Positions 1 to 15,891 of a DNA stretch of 64,000 nt are shown piece by piece. The translations under genes and the position numbers were made by a program. The DNA lies in assembly GCA_963695435.1 (NCBI GenBank), contig OY968788.1, forward strand, positions 280,004-344,003, read 5' to 3'. The stretch is from an uncultured bacterium (GTDB lineage Bacteria > Patescibacteriota > Kazan-3B-28). Every line of letters starts with the position of its first letter. Position 1 is the stretch's first letter. The notes under the pieces are model-generated. The model was not told the DNA's origin. It did not search any database and saw only the letters and a program-made list of their open reading frames with translations.

Positions 1-2042
1 AGCCGAGACATTTTTCGTTTAATAGTCCGCATGGCGCTTGTCCAAAATGTACGGGGCTAGGGGTAACAATGGAACTCGATTCAGAACTTTTGATGCCCAA
101 TAAAAAATTGAGTATTACCGAAGGAGCAATTCGTCCATGGGGTGCGCATATGGTAAGCGGAGGAGGATGGAATAATCGAATTCTGGAAGCGGTAGCGCGC
201 AGATTTAAATTTGATATCAATGTTCCGGTTGAAAAATTGAGTAAGGAAGCGATGAAGATTATTTTGTATGGCAGCGGAGACGAAGAAGTAGTGGTGAAGT
301 ACCAGACTCCTCACGGAAAGACAAATGAATATGTGGTGAAGTTTGAGGGAGTAACCCCGAACTTGATGCGCCGATACAAAGAGACTGATTCTGACTTTAT
401 TCGGGCGGAAATTGAACAATATATGACAAGCAAAGTTTGTCCCGAGTGCCACGGTAGTCGGTTGAAACCGGAAGTGCTGGCGGTAACGGTGGGGGATAAA
501 TCGATTGTTGATGTATCGACATTGCCGATTCATGGTGCGGCGGATTTTTTTGAAAATCTCAAATTATCGACACAGGATAAATTGATTGTGAAGCAAGTTT
601 TGAAAGAAGTTTCCGAACGACTCGGGTTTTTGCACAATGTGGGGTTGGATTATCTGACGCTTGATCGTTCGGCAAATACGCTATCTGGCGGAGAAGCGCA
701 AAGAATTCGCTTAGCTACTCAAATCGGTTCAGGGCTCTCGGGTGTGATTTACATATTGGATGAGCCTTCGATTGGTTTGCATCAGCACGACAATCGCCGA
801 CTGATCCAAACTTTGATGGGGCTAAGAGATTTGGGCAATACAGTTTTGGTAGTGGAGCATGATGAGGAAACTATTCGCTCAAGTGATTGGGTGATTGATG
901 TGGGGCCTTATGCTGGCAAACAAGGCGGTGAATTGGTGGCGGAGGGTACGCCTGAACAAATTGCTAAAAACAAGCGTTCTTTGACCGGTCAGTATTTAGC
1001 GGGAACGAAGAGAATTGATGTGCCGAAAAAGCGCAGAATACCAAATGGGAAGTGGTTGGAAATAAAAGGAGCGTCCGAATTTAATCTAAAAAATCTTGAT
1101 GTAAAACTGCCGTTGCAAACATTTGTGTGTGTAACGGGACTTTCTGGTTCGGGGAAATCCACACTGGTAAACGAGATTTTGGCAAAGCGATTGGCGCATG
1201 ATTTTTATGGTGCGCATGAACAGGCGGGAGCGCACAAGTCGATAGAAGGAATTAGTTATTTGGATAAAGTAATCAGCATTGACCAATCGCCAATCGGCAG
1301 AAGTCCGCGAAGCAATCCCGCAACTTACACAGGATTGTTTACTTACATTCGGGATTTGTTTACTCAACTTCCTGAATCGAAGATGCGCGGTTTCAAACAG
1401 GGCAGATTTTCTTTTAATGTAAAAGGTGGTCGTTGTGAAAACTGTCGTGGAGATGGGGTGAATAAAATTGAAATGCATTTCCTGCCTGATGTTTATGTTC
1501 CTTGCGAAGTTTGTGAAGGAAGACGCTACAATCAAGAAACTTTATCAATTCATTACAAAGGAAAAAACATTGCAGATGTTTTGGATTTGACGGTGGATGA
1601 TGCGGCAGAGTTTTTTGCTAATATTCCACCGATAAAAAACAAGTTGGATACTTTACAGGAAGTAGGTCTTGGGTATATCAAACTTGGACAACCCGCTACC
1701 CAACTTTCTGGCGGCGAAGCGCAACGCGTGAAATTAGCTACCGAACTTTCTCGCCGAGCTACAGGTAAAACTTTATATATTCTGGACGAGCCGACAACTG
1801 GTTTACATTTTGAAGACACTAAAAAACTTTTGGAAGTACTCCACAGATTAGTCAATAAAGGAAATTCGGTAGTAGTTATTGAACACAATCTGGATGTAAT
1901 CAAAACAGCAGACTGGATTATCGATTTAGGACCTGAAGGCGGAGATAAGGGCGGTGAGATTGTGGCAGAAGGCACTCCTGAACAAGTGGCGAAGATAAAG
2001 AAGTCTTATACGGGACAATATCTGGTGAAGGTCCTGAAATAA
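1..2042 (+). CDS. uvrA: Excinuclease ABC subunit A, C-terminal about 680 aa; the 5' end lies upstream of the window
   Basis: The zinc-finger CPKCTGLG is encoded at nt 30-60, ahead of the first ATG of the ORF. ABC signatures [12 protein letters not shown] and [12 protein letters not shown], a Walker [10 protein letters not shown] and a UvrA-specific linker are all present. Confidence 0.9.
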   Translation, partial: PRHFSFNSPHGACPKCTGLGVTMELDSELLMPNKKLSITEGAIRPWGAHMVSGGGWNNRILEAVARRFKFDINVPVEKLSKEAMKIILYGSGDEEVVVKYQTPHGKTNEYVVKFEGVTPNLMRRYKETDSDFIRAEIEQYMTSKVCPECHGSRLKPEVLAVTVGDKSIVDVSTLPIHGAADFFENLKLSTQDKLIVKQVLKEVSERLGFLHNVGLDYLTLDRSANTLSGGEAQRIRLATQIGSGLSGVIYILDEPSIGLHQHDNRRLIQTLMGLRDLGNTVLVVEHDEETIRSSDWVIDVGPYAGKQGGELVAEGTPEQIAKNKRSLTGQYLAGTKRIDVPKKRRIPNGKWLEIKGASEFNLKNLDVKLPLQTFVCVTGLSGSGKSTLVNEILAKRLAHDFYGAHEQAGAHKSIEGISYLDKVISIDQSPIGRSPRSNPATYTGLFTYIRDLFTQLPESKMRGFKQGRFSFNVKGGRCENCRGDGVNKIEMHFLPDVYVPCEVCEGRRYNQETLSIHYKGKNIADVLDLTVDDAAEFFANIPPIKNKLDTLQEVGLGYIKLGQPATQLSGGEAQRVKLATELSRRATGKTLYILDEPTTGLHFEDTKKLLEVLHRLVNKGNSVVVIEHNLDVIKTADWIIDLGPEGGDKGGEIVAEGTPEQVAKIKKSYTGQYLVKVLK

Positions 2043-2334
2043 TTGACTGAAGAGATAGGAACAGGTAATAAGAGAGTGCAGTTCTTGCTCTTTCGTTGTG
2101 ACTCTCGGTTACAAAGTGCAAGACTGAGCACTTGTGGATTTTTCCTTTTTCTTCCCTCGTTGTGGGTTACCACAAGGGAAAAGCGCTTGGATTCCGTTCG
2201 GCGCGTGGCTAGTGCCGTGTGCGTTTCACAAATGCTTCTTTCGAGAGTCACCAAACCCCTCGCCCTTTCCAGTTCTCCCGATGTATAGAGGCTTCTCTAG
2301 GACGGAGAGTCTGGAAAGGGCTGTATTTAAAAAG

Positions 2335-4164
2335 ATGGCAATCAATTCAAAACTAGTTCTAAAAAGCGCTCCGACTCGCCCCGGAGTGTATTTGATGAAG
2401 GATAAAACCAAAAAAGTAATTTATGTAGGCAAAGCAAAAAATATTAAAAAAAGATTGGCGAGTTATTTTTCTAAGCAGGGCAAGTCGCCAAAAACAATTG
2501 CGCTGATGGAGAGAGTCCATAAAATTGAGACTATTGCGGTGACGAGTGAAACAGAGGCATTCTTGCTTGAAAATGAATTGATAAAAAAATATCGTCCGCA
2601 ATTCAATATCATAATGCGGGACGACAAAAACTATTTATATATTCGAATTACTGTAAACGAAGAATTCCCGCGTATTTTATTAGCGAGACAGGTAGCTAGG
2701 GATGGGGCAAAATATTTTGGGCCGTATGCGGTTTCGGGACAGGTCTATGAAGGGTTAAGACTAATCAAGCGGATATTCCCCTTGTGTAGCGCTACCCAAT
2801 CAATCACTACGGCTGGCTTGAAAAAGGGACAAAATCGAGCCTGTTTAAATTATCACCTGAAAATTTGTCCGGGAGTCTGTGTCGGCAAAGTGAAGTCAAA
2901 AGATTATCACAAAACTATAGAGCAAGTGATGCGGTTTTTGCACGGTAACTATGATTCAGTTATCAAACAGCTTAGAGAGCAGATGCGGGAACTATCCGCA
3001 AATAGGGAATATGAACGAGCAGCGCGAATTCGCGATGGTTTGAAAGCGATCGAAGCAATCAATGAAAGACAAAGCGTGGTAAAAACCAATTTATCCGTTA
3101 GTGAGGATGCAATTGGTGTGGCCAGGTCTCTTAATAAAGCTATGGTGATCCTTTTGCAGATTCGGTCGGGCAAATTGCTAAATCAACAGCAATACGCAGT
3201 TGATACAAAATACGAAACAGAGGTTCCTGAAATTTTAGAGGGATTTTTGCGGGATTATTACGAAGGAGCGGCTGATTTGCCAAAAACTATCTTGTTGCCG
3301 GAGGCGGTTGAAAGCACAAAGAGTTTTGAAAAATGGTTGAAAGATAAAACTGGAAAAAGAATTGAACTAATTGCTCCGACAAAAGGGAGACAGAGATCAA
3401 TTGTTCGGTTGGCGGAATCAAATGCGCAAATGAAATTCAATCAAATCTCCGGAAGATGGAAGTTGGAAAAATTAGTTTCCACCGAAGGAGTGGAAGGGCT
3501 AAGGAATATTTTGAAATTGAAAAAACTTGAACGGGTTGAAGCATATGATATCTCTAACCTTCAAGGGACGGATTCGGTGGGCGCGATGGTGGTGTGGGAA
3601 AAAGGACAATTAGATAAAAAACAATATCGCCGTTTCAAAATAAAAACCGTTATTGGCCCCAATGATTTTGCGAGTCTAGCTGAAGTTTTGCAGAGGAGAT
3701 TTGCGCATCAAAAGGGAGATGATAAATTCGCGAGTTTGCCGGATGTAGTGCTGATTGACGGAGGGAAAGGGCAGGTGAGTACAATTACAAAAGCGCTGAA
3801 GAAGTATAAAGTTGCAATCATTGGAATTGCGAAAGGAAGCCACAGTCGGACGAAAGCAAAAGACGATTTGGTTTTGCCAAGCGGGAAAATAGAAATTTTA
3901 CCCGATAATTCACCAACCAAAATTTTATTACAGAATATTCGCGACGAAGTTCACCGTTTTGCGATTGCTTATCACACCAGTCTCCGCAAAAAACGAACAA
4001 CGACTTCGGGGATAGAAAAAGTTTCTGGTGTTGGGGCGGTAACGCGCAAAAAACTAATCAAGGCGTTCGGTTCAATGGCGGCAGTCAAAAGAGCAAACGC
4101 ATCAGAAATTGCCCGAATAATCGGGGCGGAACGGGCATTACGCATTAAGCGAGATTTAGGCTAG
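2335..4164 (+). CDS. uvrC: Excinuclease ABC subunit C
   Basis: N-terminal GIY-YIG motif (GVYLMKD...IYVGKAKNIKKRL), a UvrBC-interaction region and a C-terminal RNaseH-like/HhH region. The ATG at 2335 gives about 609 aa; the ORF-track start at 2134 is probably an artificial N-terminal extension. Confidence 0.88.
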   Translation: MAINSKLVLKSAPTRPGVYLMKDKTKKVIYVGKAKNIKKRLASYFSKQGKSPKTIALMERVHKIETIAVTSETEAFLLENELIKKYRPQFNIIMRDDKNYLYIRITVNEEFPRILLARQVARDGAKYFGPYAVSGQVYEGLRLIKRIFPLCSATQSITTAGLKKGQNRACLNYHLKICPGVCVGKVKSKDYHKTIEQVMRFLHGNYDSVIKQLREQMRELSANREYERAARIRDGLKAIEAINERQSVVKTNLSVSEDAIGVARSLNKAMVILLQIRSGKLLNQQQYAVDTKYETEVPEILEGFLRDYYEGAADLPKTILLPEAVESTKSFEKWLKDKTGKRIELIAPTKGRQRSIVRLAESNAQMKFNQISGRWKLEKLVSTEGVEGLRNILKLKKLERVEAYDISNLQGTDSVGAMVVWEKGQLDKKQYRRFKIKTVIGPNDFASLAEVLQRRFAHQKGDDKFASLPDVVLIDGGKGQVSTITKALKKYKVAIIGIAKGSHSRTKAKDDLVLPSGKIEILPDNSPTKILLQNIRDEVHRFAIAYHTSLRKKRTTTSGIEKVSGVGAVTRKKLIKAFGSMAAVKRANASEIARIIGAERALRIKRDLG

Positions 4165-4550
4165 ATAGCTATGCGGTGGCTGTCGCTGTCGAAATGTTGG
4201 GTAGAAAATTCAAACAAGTGAGCTTCTTTTGTGAGAGCAGTAAAGCGATGAACGCTGTTGGGTTTCAGAATTATCGCCCCATTTTCACCAAGTTCAAAGC
4301 TTTCTTTAATAATCGGCGGATTATGTTTGGCATCTTTTAGAGTGGTCAGTTCTACTCTCAATCGGCCATGTGTTACATAAAAAGTTTCAGTTTTGAGTTT
4401 GTGATAATGTAAACTGCAGTGTTTGCCTTTTTTCACGATTAATAATTTTCCGCAATACAGTTTGTCATTGTGAACCCATCGTTCTTCGCCCCAAACTTTT
4501 GGGACGATTTTGATGGGTTCGTTGCGGCGTAAACCATTTTTCTTTGGCAT
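4161..4550 (-). CDS. Cupin-fold protein
   Basis: Cupin motifs G(X)5HXH and WGEERW are present, with HYH...TETFYV. Its stop overlaps the uvrC stop in a convergent arrangement. Confidence 0.55.
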   Translation of the reverse strand: MPKKNGLRRNEPIKIVPKVWGEERWVHNDKLYCGKLLIVKKGKHCSLHYHKLKTETFYVTHGRLRVELTTLKDAKHNPPIIKESFELGENGAIILKPNSVHRFTALTKEAHLFEFSTQHFDSDSHRIAI

Positions 4551-4606
4551 AACAACATTGTACTACTCGGTTGCGTTAGGGAGGGTTTACGGGATAACAT
4601 AGGAGC

Positions 4607-4885
4607 ATGAACGACCAAGCGATAAAGACAGCAGGGGTAATTGCCGGCATTGTCGTGGTGCTGGGGATTTTAGCGATTGGGGCACAGTACTGGTCAAGTA
4701 TAAGTGGGGGAGCGAGCGCGCAGGTGATTGATCCGGGTCAGCTGCCTAATAGTTTGCAGGTTTCCAAAGAAGATTACATAACGCTACAGTCACTTTTGGA
4801 TCGTTATGCTTCGGTTAGTGATTTGGCCACAAAAAACCAAATTATGCAGGATTTTCGAGTTATTTTCGACGGTTTGTCGCAATAA
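4607..4885 (+). CDS. Small membrane-anchored protein, hypothetical
   Basis: 92 aa with one N-terminal hydrophobic helix (AGVIAGIVVVLGILAIGA). Confidence 0.4.
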   Translation: MNDQAIKTAGVIAGIVVVLGILAIGAQYWSSISGGASAQVIDPGQLPNSLQVSKEDYITLQSLLDRYASVSDLATKNQIMQDFRVIFDGLSQ

Positions 4886-4905
4886 GTCAGTTTCAATTGG
4901 GGGCT

Positions 4906-4931
4906 ATTCCGCCATAGGAGCGGATTTTTTG
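4906..4931 (+). terminator. Weak intrinsic terminator
   Basis: tccgc-loop-gcgga stem followed by TTTTTTG. Confidence 0.3.
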
Positions 4932-4966
4932 AGTTATCCACATTAGTCTAAAAAGTCTATTGACCG

Positions 4967-4995
4967 TTGACAAATAAAGCGTTGTATGATATAAT
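4967..4995 (+). promoter_or_regulatory. Consensus sigma-70 promoter TTGACA-17-TATAAT
   Basis: ttgaca at 4967-4972, a 17-nt spacer, then tataat at 4990-4995. It lies about 30 nt upstream of the 5028 start. Confidence 0.5.
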
Positions 4996-5027
4996 CAAAG
5001 TAAATGAGGGGGTTGAGGAGAAACCCA

Positions 5028-6161
5028 ATGGAGGAAAACAACCACAATCAGGAGGACCCCGGTTCTGTCATCAAGTCAATTATGGTGGAGCAGGAGGAAA
5101 AGACCCGCGAAGCGTTGGATCCTTTGATGGTAGTAATCAGCGCTGTCAACTCGCTTAAGGATCGTGAGCGGGAAGTTTTGCTTGGACGATTTGGGTTAGA
5201 AGACGGTAACAAGATGACTTTGGAAGCGGTCGGTTCTAAATTTGGCGTTACGCGCGAAAGAGCCCGCCAGATTGAAAATTCCGCTATCAAAAAGCTGACC
5301 GAGAAACCGACCAAGGACTTGGCTAAACTTACGAAGATAACAAATAGCTATTTGGTAGAAATGGGTGGGGTAGCATCACTTATTGGATTGGCGGATTACT
5401 TTAAGATTGGGAGCGACCAAAGACGGGAAGCAGAATTGAACGCCTTGAAGCTCACGATGGCGCTGGATAGTAATGTTGTTAGTCTTCCCAAAGAAGATAA
5501 TTTGCGTGTTGGTTGGGCAAAAAAGAATGCGCCAACAGGATTGATAAATAAAGTATTGGTTGAATTAGAAAAAATCTTGGCGGATGCGGGTAAGCCAGCC
5601 AAGGAAGAATTTTTGTGGGAAAAACTAACCCAGACCGCGGTTTATGGTGAGAACAGCACGCGGTTGACCCCGAGTATTGTTCACGGGATTTTATTGGTGG
5701 GCGCAAAATTAGCGCGGACTGATGTCGGCGATTGGGGGTTGATCTCATGGCCAACGGTAGTGCCAAAAAGAATTCGCGACAAAATATTTCTAATATTACA
5801 AAAGGTAGGCAAGCCGATGCACTTCCGCGAGATTGCTGATGCGATTAATCAAACTTTCCCTGGTAAGACGGTTTTGAGCAGAACAGTTCATAATGAATTG
5901 ATTGGTGATAATCGATTTGTGTTGGTGGGCCGAGGAATTTATGGTTTGAAGGAGCAGGGATATCAGCCGGGAGTAGTTGTGGATGTTATTGTAAAGGTTA
6001 TGAAGCAGGCGAATCGGCCGCTGACTACGGAAGAAACAATTGATATGGTTTTGAAGGAACGGCAGGTAAAGCGTAATACGGTAATTGCTAATTTGCAGAA
6101 TAAGAAGTTGTTCAGAAAAGTTGGTAAAGGCAGCTACACTCTGAACGAACAGCCGAAATAA
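5028..6161 (+). CDS. Multi-HTH DNA-binding protein with an N-terminal sigma-70 region-4-like domain and two C-terminal HARE-HTH/winged-helix-like repeats
   Basis: [43 protein letters not shown] resembles sigma region 4.2. [12 protein letters not shown]...[12 protein letters not shown] and [12 protein letters not shown]...[11 protein letters not shown] follow the HARE-HTH pattern. An AGGAG lies 8 nt before the ATG at 5028. Confidence 0.65.
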   Translation: MEENNHNQEDPGSVIKSIMVEQEEKTREALDPLMVVISAVNSLKDREREVLLGRFGLEDGNKMTLEAVGSKFGVTRERARQIENSAIKKLTEKPTKDLAKLTKITNSYLVEMGGVASLIGLADYFKIGSDQRREAELNALKLTMALDSNVVSLPKEDNLRVGWAKKNAPTGLINKVLVELEKILADAGKPAKEEFLWEKLTQTAVYGENSTRLTPSIVHGILLVGAKLARTDVGDWGLISWPTVVPKRIRDKIFLILQKVGKPMHFREIADAINQTFPGKTVLSRTVHNELIGDNRFVLVGRGIYGLKEQGYQPGVVVDVIVKVMKQANRPLTTEETIDMVLKERQVKRNTVIANLQNKKLFRKVGKGSYTLNEQPK

Positions 6162-6173
6162 TTTAACAATTTT

Positions 6174-10957
<4,784 letters not shown>

Positions 10958-11034
10958 TTTGGACAAGAGAAAAGCCCCGGCACTGACGCACGAGGCTTAT
11001 TCTTTCTACCGATTCCTCCTAGCGGCGGAGTTCC

Positions 11035-11475
11035 TTATCGTTCACCATGTCCATAAGCATTTTCATAGAAAAATGTTCTGCTTATGGGTGGCGGTTCGAT
11101 AAGCACGATGGGTCTTGTGAGTTGCTCTTTCGGTGGCAGTGGTGGTGTCGCTGATGTTGCATGCGCAGTTGTTCCTGCCCAGACAGCAAGGCCAATCATC
11201 AAGCCTCCGATAAGCAAGCTGGCGACTACTCGCTTGTCCAGTTGCACCATCATTATTCCCCATAGGTTGAATAAGATGCCGACAACTGGTGCTGCCCATA
11301 TGACATGGACAGTTACTTCTGGCGGTCTATTTTGGTAGAGTAGCCAGAAGAAGAAAGCGAGCACGGCCAGTAGTAATCCTTTAATCGTCCAGTGCTCTCG
11401 CCCTGTCCGAACAAAATGGATTACTAGGGTGCATAGAAGACCCCCCGTAACCACAAAAGTTTCGCTAGGAGACAT
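11035..11475 (-). CDS. Multi-pass membrane protein, hypothetical
   Basis: 146 aa with four predicted hydrophobic helices. Confidence 0.45.
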   Translation of the reverse strand: MSPSETFVVTGGLLCTLVIHFVRTGREHWTIKGLLLAVLAFFFWLLYQNRPPEVTVHVIWAAPVVGILFNLWGIMMVQLDKRVVASLLIGGLMIGLAVWAGTTAHATSATPPLPPKEQLTRPIVLIEPPPISRTFFYENAYGHGER

Positions 11476-11580
11476 AATCGTAAGGAACCTCCCGTAAGAT
11501 AGGATATGGGTAGCTTACTCCTAAACGGGAGAAATGTCAAGATTATCAGCTTCCAGAGCGGATTTCTGTATAAAACGCGA

Positions 11581-11605
11581 AAGGGCAGCACTAGTGGCTG
11601 CCCTT
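11581..11605 (-). terminator. Stable hairpin, possibly a terminator or leader structure
   Basis: aagggcagc-actagtg-gctgccctt, a 9-bp perfect stem; on the minus strand it is followed by TTTCGCGTTTTA. Confidence 0.3.
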
Positions 11606-11697
11606 AGGTTGCGAGTTTGTATGGCGTAACCCATGTGGCTGGAGCCCATAGGTTGGCGCGGAAAAAAGAACAAGGATGAGGACGGGTTGAGGAATAG

Positions 11698-12207
11698 TTA
11701 CCGAGCTCTCTGCTGGGCTATTTGTTCCTCGGTCGCTCTCGTAAACAGCATTTGATTCTGTTGCATGACGACTTCGTATCTGGCCCACTTTGTCTCGGCG
11801 GACTCTTCTCCGTCCATGGGTGGTGAGTCGAGTCGTGGCATCAACATTTGTCCAGCTTCGGAAAATAGCTTCTCTAGCTCGGTTTCAGCGAAGCTGACGG
11901 ATTGGTTAACCGCCAAATACTTCATGCGAGGGGCGTGGAATGCGTCGTAGATTATACTGACGCAGCGCGACAATGTCTGTCTGGGGTCGTTCTTGGAATC
12001 CCTATTTTTGATTCCAATTACCAGGCAGTGAAACCGTTCGAGCGCATTGACCAGTTGCTCGCCGCCTTTTTCGTCGACTCCGAGTACGAAGCCGATGGTG
12101 CCAGGCCTGTGGTAGGAATGTTCTTTGGGGCCTTTGGTGTAATGTAGTTCACACCCATCTACGCCGCGTAGATTTCCCAGCAGTTCAGTATCTTTAAGAA
12201 GCGACAT
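11698..12207 (-). CDS. Hypothetical protein
   Basis: 169-aa ORF with protein-like composition; no motif recognised. Confidence 0.5.
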   Translation of the reverse strand: MSLLKDTELLGNLRGVDGCELHYTKGPKEHSYHRPGTIGFVLGVDEKGGEQLVNALERFHCLVIGIKNRDSKNDPRQTLSRCVSIIYDAFHAPRMKYLAVNQSVSFAETELEKLFSEAGQMLMPRLDSPPMDGEESAETKWARYEVVMQQNQMLFTRATEEQIAQQRAR

Positions 12208-12307
12208 CGTTCCTCCCCTAAATTGTGGTTTCGGTGCAAAATAATCACTCTTAGATTAGAGATTTTCAGGCTGGGTGTCAATTTTTTATCAGGTATAATG
12301 GCTTTGT

Positions 12308-12619
12308 ATGGGAAAATTGCCAAAAGAGGATGTGGAGCATATTGCGCTGTTGGCTCGGATTGAGCTAACGGAGGCAGAAAGCCAAAAGTACGCCGAAGAA
12401 CTGTCGGCAGTTTTGGGTTATGTAAGTGAATTGCAAAAAGTGGATACCAACAAAGTAGACGGGGATTCTTCAATTGGTGGGCAGATTACTGGATTGAATA
12501 ATGTGACGGACGGTGATTATGTTCGTAAGTCGGAAATTTCGCGGAAAGAATTTTTGGAACAAGCGCCGGCGAGTGAAAAAGGGTACATCAAAGTAAAAAG
12601 TGTTTTCAATAGAGAATAG
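12308..12619 (+). CDS. gatC: Asp/Glu-tRNA amidotransferase subunit C
   Basis: Typical GatC N-terminus (EDVEHIALLARIELTEAE) and operon position directly before gatA. Confidence 0.85.
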   Translation: MGKLPKEDVEHIALLARIELTEAESQKYAEELSAVLGYVSELQKVDTNKVDGDSSIGGQITGLNNVTDGDYVRKSEISRKEFLEQAPASEKGYIKVKSVFNRE

Positions 12620-12622
12620 AGC

Positions 12623-13984
12623 ATGGATATACAGGAGGCAAAGAAGATAGATTTGAAGAAGTTTCTTGAGAACGCTAAAGAAGCGGATAAGAAATTTCAT
12701 TTTTTGTTATCAATTGCAGACAAAGCGGGCAAATTAGGAAAGGGCGATTTAGCGGTGCCATGTTTGATAAAAGACAACATTGCGACAACGGAATATCCCA
12801 CTACTTGTGCTTCCAAAATGTTAGAGAAGTTTGTTTCGCCGTATGAAGCGACTGTGATTACAAAATTGAAAGAAGCGGGAGCGTGGATTGCGGGAAAGCT
12901 TAATTTGGATGAATTCGCGATGGGTTCAAGCACGGAGAATTCTGCTTTTGGAACGACAAAAAACCCAATTGACCCTACTCGAGTCCCCGGTGGTAGTTCA
13001 GGTGGTTCTGCTGCTGCGGTAGCGGCTGGGATAGTGCCTTTTGCTCTCGGTAGTGACACAGGTGGCTCAATTCGTCAGCCCGCCAGCTTTTGCGGTGTAG
13101 TGGGTTTGATGCCAACTTACGGAAGGGTTAGTCGTTATGGTTTAGTTGCTATGGCAAGTTCGCTGGATAGAATCGGACCGATTACTAATACAGTTGAGGA
13201 TTCGGCAAAAGTTTTGCAAGTAATTGCAGGAAAAGACGAACATGATTCTACAACGGTAGATATTCCTGTTCCTGATTATTTAGCATTTTTGGATGGTAAA
13301 GTTGAAGGAATAAAAATTGGTGTGCCAAAAGAATATTTTGGCGAGGGTGTTGATTCGGAAATTGAAAAGATAGTCAAAAAAGCAATTGAACAATTGGAGC
13401 AATTAGGTGCGAAGATTGTAGAAATCAGTTTGCCTCATTCAAAATATGCATTGGCGACATACTATATTGTTCAGCCGGCGGAAACTTCCGCTAATTTGAG
13501 CAGATATGATGGAGTTCGCTATGGATTTTCAACTGGTGCTGACGAAAAGAAAGAAGATTTGATTAAAATGTATTTTACGACTCGAGCGCAAGGACTGGGC
13601 GCGGAAGTAAAACGGCGAATTATGCTTGGAACTTATACGCTGTCAGCAGGTTTTCGTGATGCGTATTATGACAAAGCTCAAAGAGTGAGGGCGCTTATCA
13701 AACAGGATTTTGATGAGACTTTCAAAAAAGTAGATGTAATAATTTCTCCCACCACTCCGACCGTTGCTTTCAAAATTGGTGAACGCTCTGCTGATCCACT
13801 CAAGATGTATCAGGCGGATTTGTTGACTACTCCTGCGAGCTTAGCGGGGTTACCTGCAATTTCTATCCCTTGCGGAAAAGTTGATGGGCTTCCTGTTGGG
13901 TTACAAATTATGGGAAAACAGTTTGATGAACCAACGATATTAAAAGTGGCGGAGGCATATGAAAGAGTTGCGGGTAATGAGTAA
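12623..13984 (+). CDS. gatA: Asp/Glu-tRNA amidotransferase subunit A
   Basis: Amidase signature [12 protein letters not shown] and [12 protein letters not shown]. Confidence 0.92.
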   Translation: MDIQEAKKIDLKKFLENAKEADKKFHFLLSIADKAGKLGKGDLAVPCLIKDNIATTEYPTTCASKMLEKFVSPYEATVITKLKEAGAWIAGKLNLDEFAMGSSTENSAFGTTKNPIDPTRVPGGSSGGSAAAVAAGIVPFALGSDTGGSIRQPASFCGVVGLMPTYGRVSRYGLVAMASSLDRIGPITNTVEDSAKVLQVIAGKDEHDSTTVDIPVPDYLAFLDGKVEGIKIGVPKEYFGEGVDSEIEKIVKKAIEQLEQLGAKIVEISLPHSKYALATYYIVQPAETSANLSRYDGVRYGFSTGADEKKEDLIKMYFTTRAQGLGAEVKRRIMLGTYTLSAGFRDAYYDKAQRVRALIKQDFDETFKKVDVIISPTTPTVAFKIGERSADPLKMYQADLLTTPASLAGLPAISIPCGKVDGLPVGLQIMGKQFDEPTILKVAEAYERVAGNE

Positions 13985-14002
13985 TGAGTTGTGGGTAAAG
14001 AG

Positions 14003-14425
14003 ATGATTATCTATTTAGTAATAGGGCTAGTTGTGGTGGTGGGATTAGGGATTGGTCTTTTGTGGCTGGTCTCTGGTAAACGACAAATAATTTCAGAAAC
14101 TGAACAGGCACGGGTGCGGGAGATGTGGGACAATGTTGATTTGCTGATGGCGGATGAGAGAGAAGCATCTTGGGTGAAAGCAGTTTTTGAGGCGGATAAG
14201 ATTTTGGATTATGTTTTGAATTTGAAAAATGTATCGGGTGCCAATTTGGGAGAGAAATTGAAAAACGGTAAAAGTTTATTTGGGAATGTGCAGGTTGCGT
14301 GGGATGCGCACAAATTGCGTAATCAGTTAGCACATGAGGTAGATGTAAAACTTGCTCGTCATGAAGCAGAGAGAGCGATTAGATTTTTTAAAGAGAGCAT
14401 AAGGCAATTAGGAATATCAGCGTAA
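14003..14425 (+). CDS. Membrane-anchored hypothetical protein inserted between gatA and gatB
   Basis: N-terminal TM helix (IIYLVIGLVVVVGLGIGLLWLV) followed by a charged helical domain. It is flanked by 25-bp direct repeats. The ORF track gives an alternative GTG start at 13991. Confidence 0.5.
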   Translation: MIIYLVIGLVVVVGLGIGLLWLVSGKRQIISETEQARVREMWDNVDLLMADEREASWVKAVFEADKILDYVLNLKNVSGANLGEKLKNGKSLFGNVQVAWDAHKLRNQLAHEVDVKLARHEAERAIRFFKESIRQLGISA

Positions 14426-14445
14426 TGAGTAATGGGTTGTGAGTA

Positions 14446-15891
14446 ATGAGTGATAGTGCGATAGAAAAATACGAAGCAGTGATTGGGTTGGAGATTCATG
14501 TTCAGTTGGACACGAAATCCAAAATGTTTTGCCGTTGCGATAACAATTCGGAAAATGCCGAGCCCAATACTAATGTTTGTCCTGTGTGTATGGGTTACCC
14601 GGGAGTCTTGCCGGTAACAAATGCGCAGGCGATTGATTGGGGAATCAAAACTGCGATTGCACTTGGTTGTTCGATAAATCCAATGCAGAGATTTGATAGA
14701 AAGAATTATTTCTACCCAGATCTTCCGAAGGGTTATCAGATTTCACAGTTTTTTTATCCTGTGGGTGAAAAAGGCAATCTGAAAGTGGATTATTTGGCAG
14801 GGGACAGAAAGACGAAAAAAGAATTTGCAGTTGGTATTACCCGAATTCATCTGGAAGAAGATGCGGGCAAATTGGTACATGCAAAAGATGCTACGCTAGT
14901 TGACCTAAATCGGTGCGGAACACCGTTGATGGAGATTGTGACAGAACCGGATATCAAATCACCCGAAGAAGCAAAGGCATTTTTGCAGGAATTACAACGG
15001 GTAGTCAGACGTCTGGGAGTGTCTCGGGCGGATATGGAGAAAGGACACCTGCGGGTGGATGCGAATGTTTCAGTACGGCCATTAGGGCAGGACGCTTTTG
15101 GCACAAAGGTGGAAGTAAAAAATATGAACTCGTTCCGTTTTATGGAACAAGCACTTCAATATGAAATTGGAAGACAGGTGGAACTATTGGAAAAAGGAGA
15201 ACGAATTGAAATGGAGACTCGCGGGTGGGATGAAAAGTCTACCACAACTATTTCTCAGCGTAGTAAAGAAGGTTCGGTGGACTATCGTTACTTCCCAGAG
15301 CCGGATTTGCCTTCTATTTATATAGGAAAAGAAAAGATTGATGAAATTGGCGATGATTTGCCGTTACTTCCGTCTGCATTGCGGTTGAAAGCGGAAGAGT
15401 TTGGTTTGCCTTATGACCGCATTATTGAATTACAGGATTTGGGAAAGTTGAGAGAGATAGTTTGTCATATCGAAAACATTGAGGGCGTAAAGGGTTCGGA
15501 GGCGCTTGCGAAAGTTGATATTGTGAAATTAGCCAATATGTTAGTCCGTGGAATAGATTTTAAGAACAGCCGTCAGGTGCTGGACTTTTTTGTAGTGGTA
15601 GAAGATAAAGGTTTATCATCTACATCCGCAGATAAATTAAGTTTATTGATGAAAGAACATCCTGAAAAACCACTGGCGGAATTAGTCGGTGAATTGAAGT
15701 CACTTAGCGAAGAAGACTTAGAAAAAATCGTGAAACAGGTAATTGATGACAATCCTGAAATAGTTGCTAAGGTGAAAGCGGGGGATGAACGGGTAAAAGG
15801 CTTCCTGATGGGGCAGATAATGGCTAAAAGTAAGGGTGAGGCAGAACCCGCTCTGGCACAGAATATTTTGAACCGTCTTATTGCCCAGTAG
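14446..15891 (+). CDS. gatB: Asp/Glu-tRNA amidotransferase subunit B
   Basis: GatB N-terminal cradle domain (CRCDNNSENAEPNTNVCPVCMGYPG) and a C-terminal YqeY-like domain. Confidence 0.92.
   Translation: MSDSAIEKYEAVIGLEIHVQLDTKSKMFCRCDNNSENAEPNTNVCPVCMGYPGVLPVTNAQAIDWGIKTAIALGCSINPMQRFDRKNYFYPDLPKGYQISQFFYPVGEKGNLKVDYLAGDRKTKKEFAVGITRIHLEEDAGKLVHAKDATLVDLNRCGTPLMEIVTEPDIKSPEEAKAFLQELQRVVRRLGVSRADMEKGHLRVDANVSVRPLGQDAFGTKVEVKNMNSFRFMEQALQYEIGRQVELLEKGERIEMETRGWDEKSTTTISQRSKEGSVDYRYFPEPDLPSIYIGKEKIDEIGDDLPLLPSALRLKAEEFGLPYDRIIELQDLGKLREIVCHIENIEGVKGSEALAKVDIVKLANMLVRGIDFKNSRQVLDFFVVVEDKGLSSTSADKLSLLMKEHPEKPLAELVGELKSLSEEDLEKIVKQVIDDNPEIVAKVKAGDERVKGFLMGQIMAKSKGEAEPALAQNILNRLIAQ

Noticed and set aside
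81-2121. Multiple antisense ORFs of 60-150 aa inside uvrA and inside other large genes (mfd, the ATPases, gyrB and others)
   Set aside because: They are embedded antisense in strongly supported genes and have low-complexity composition.
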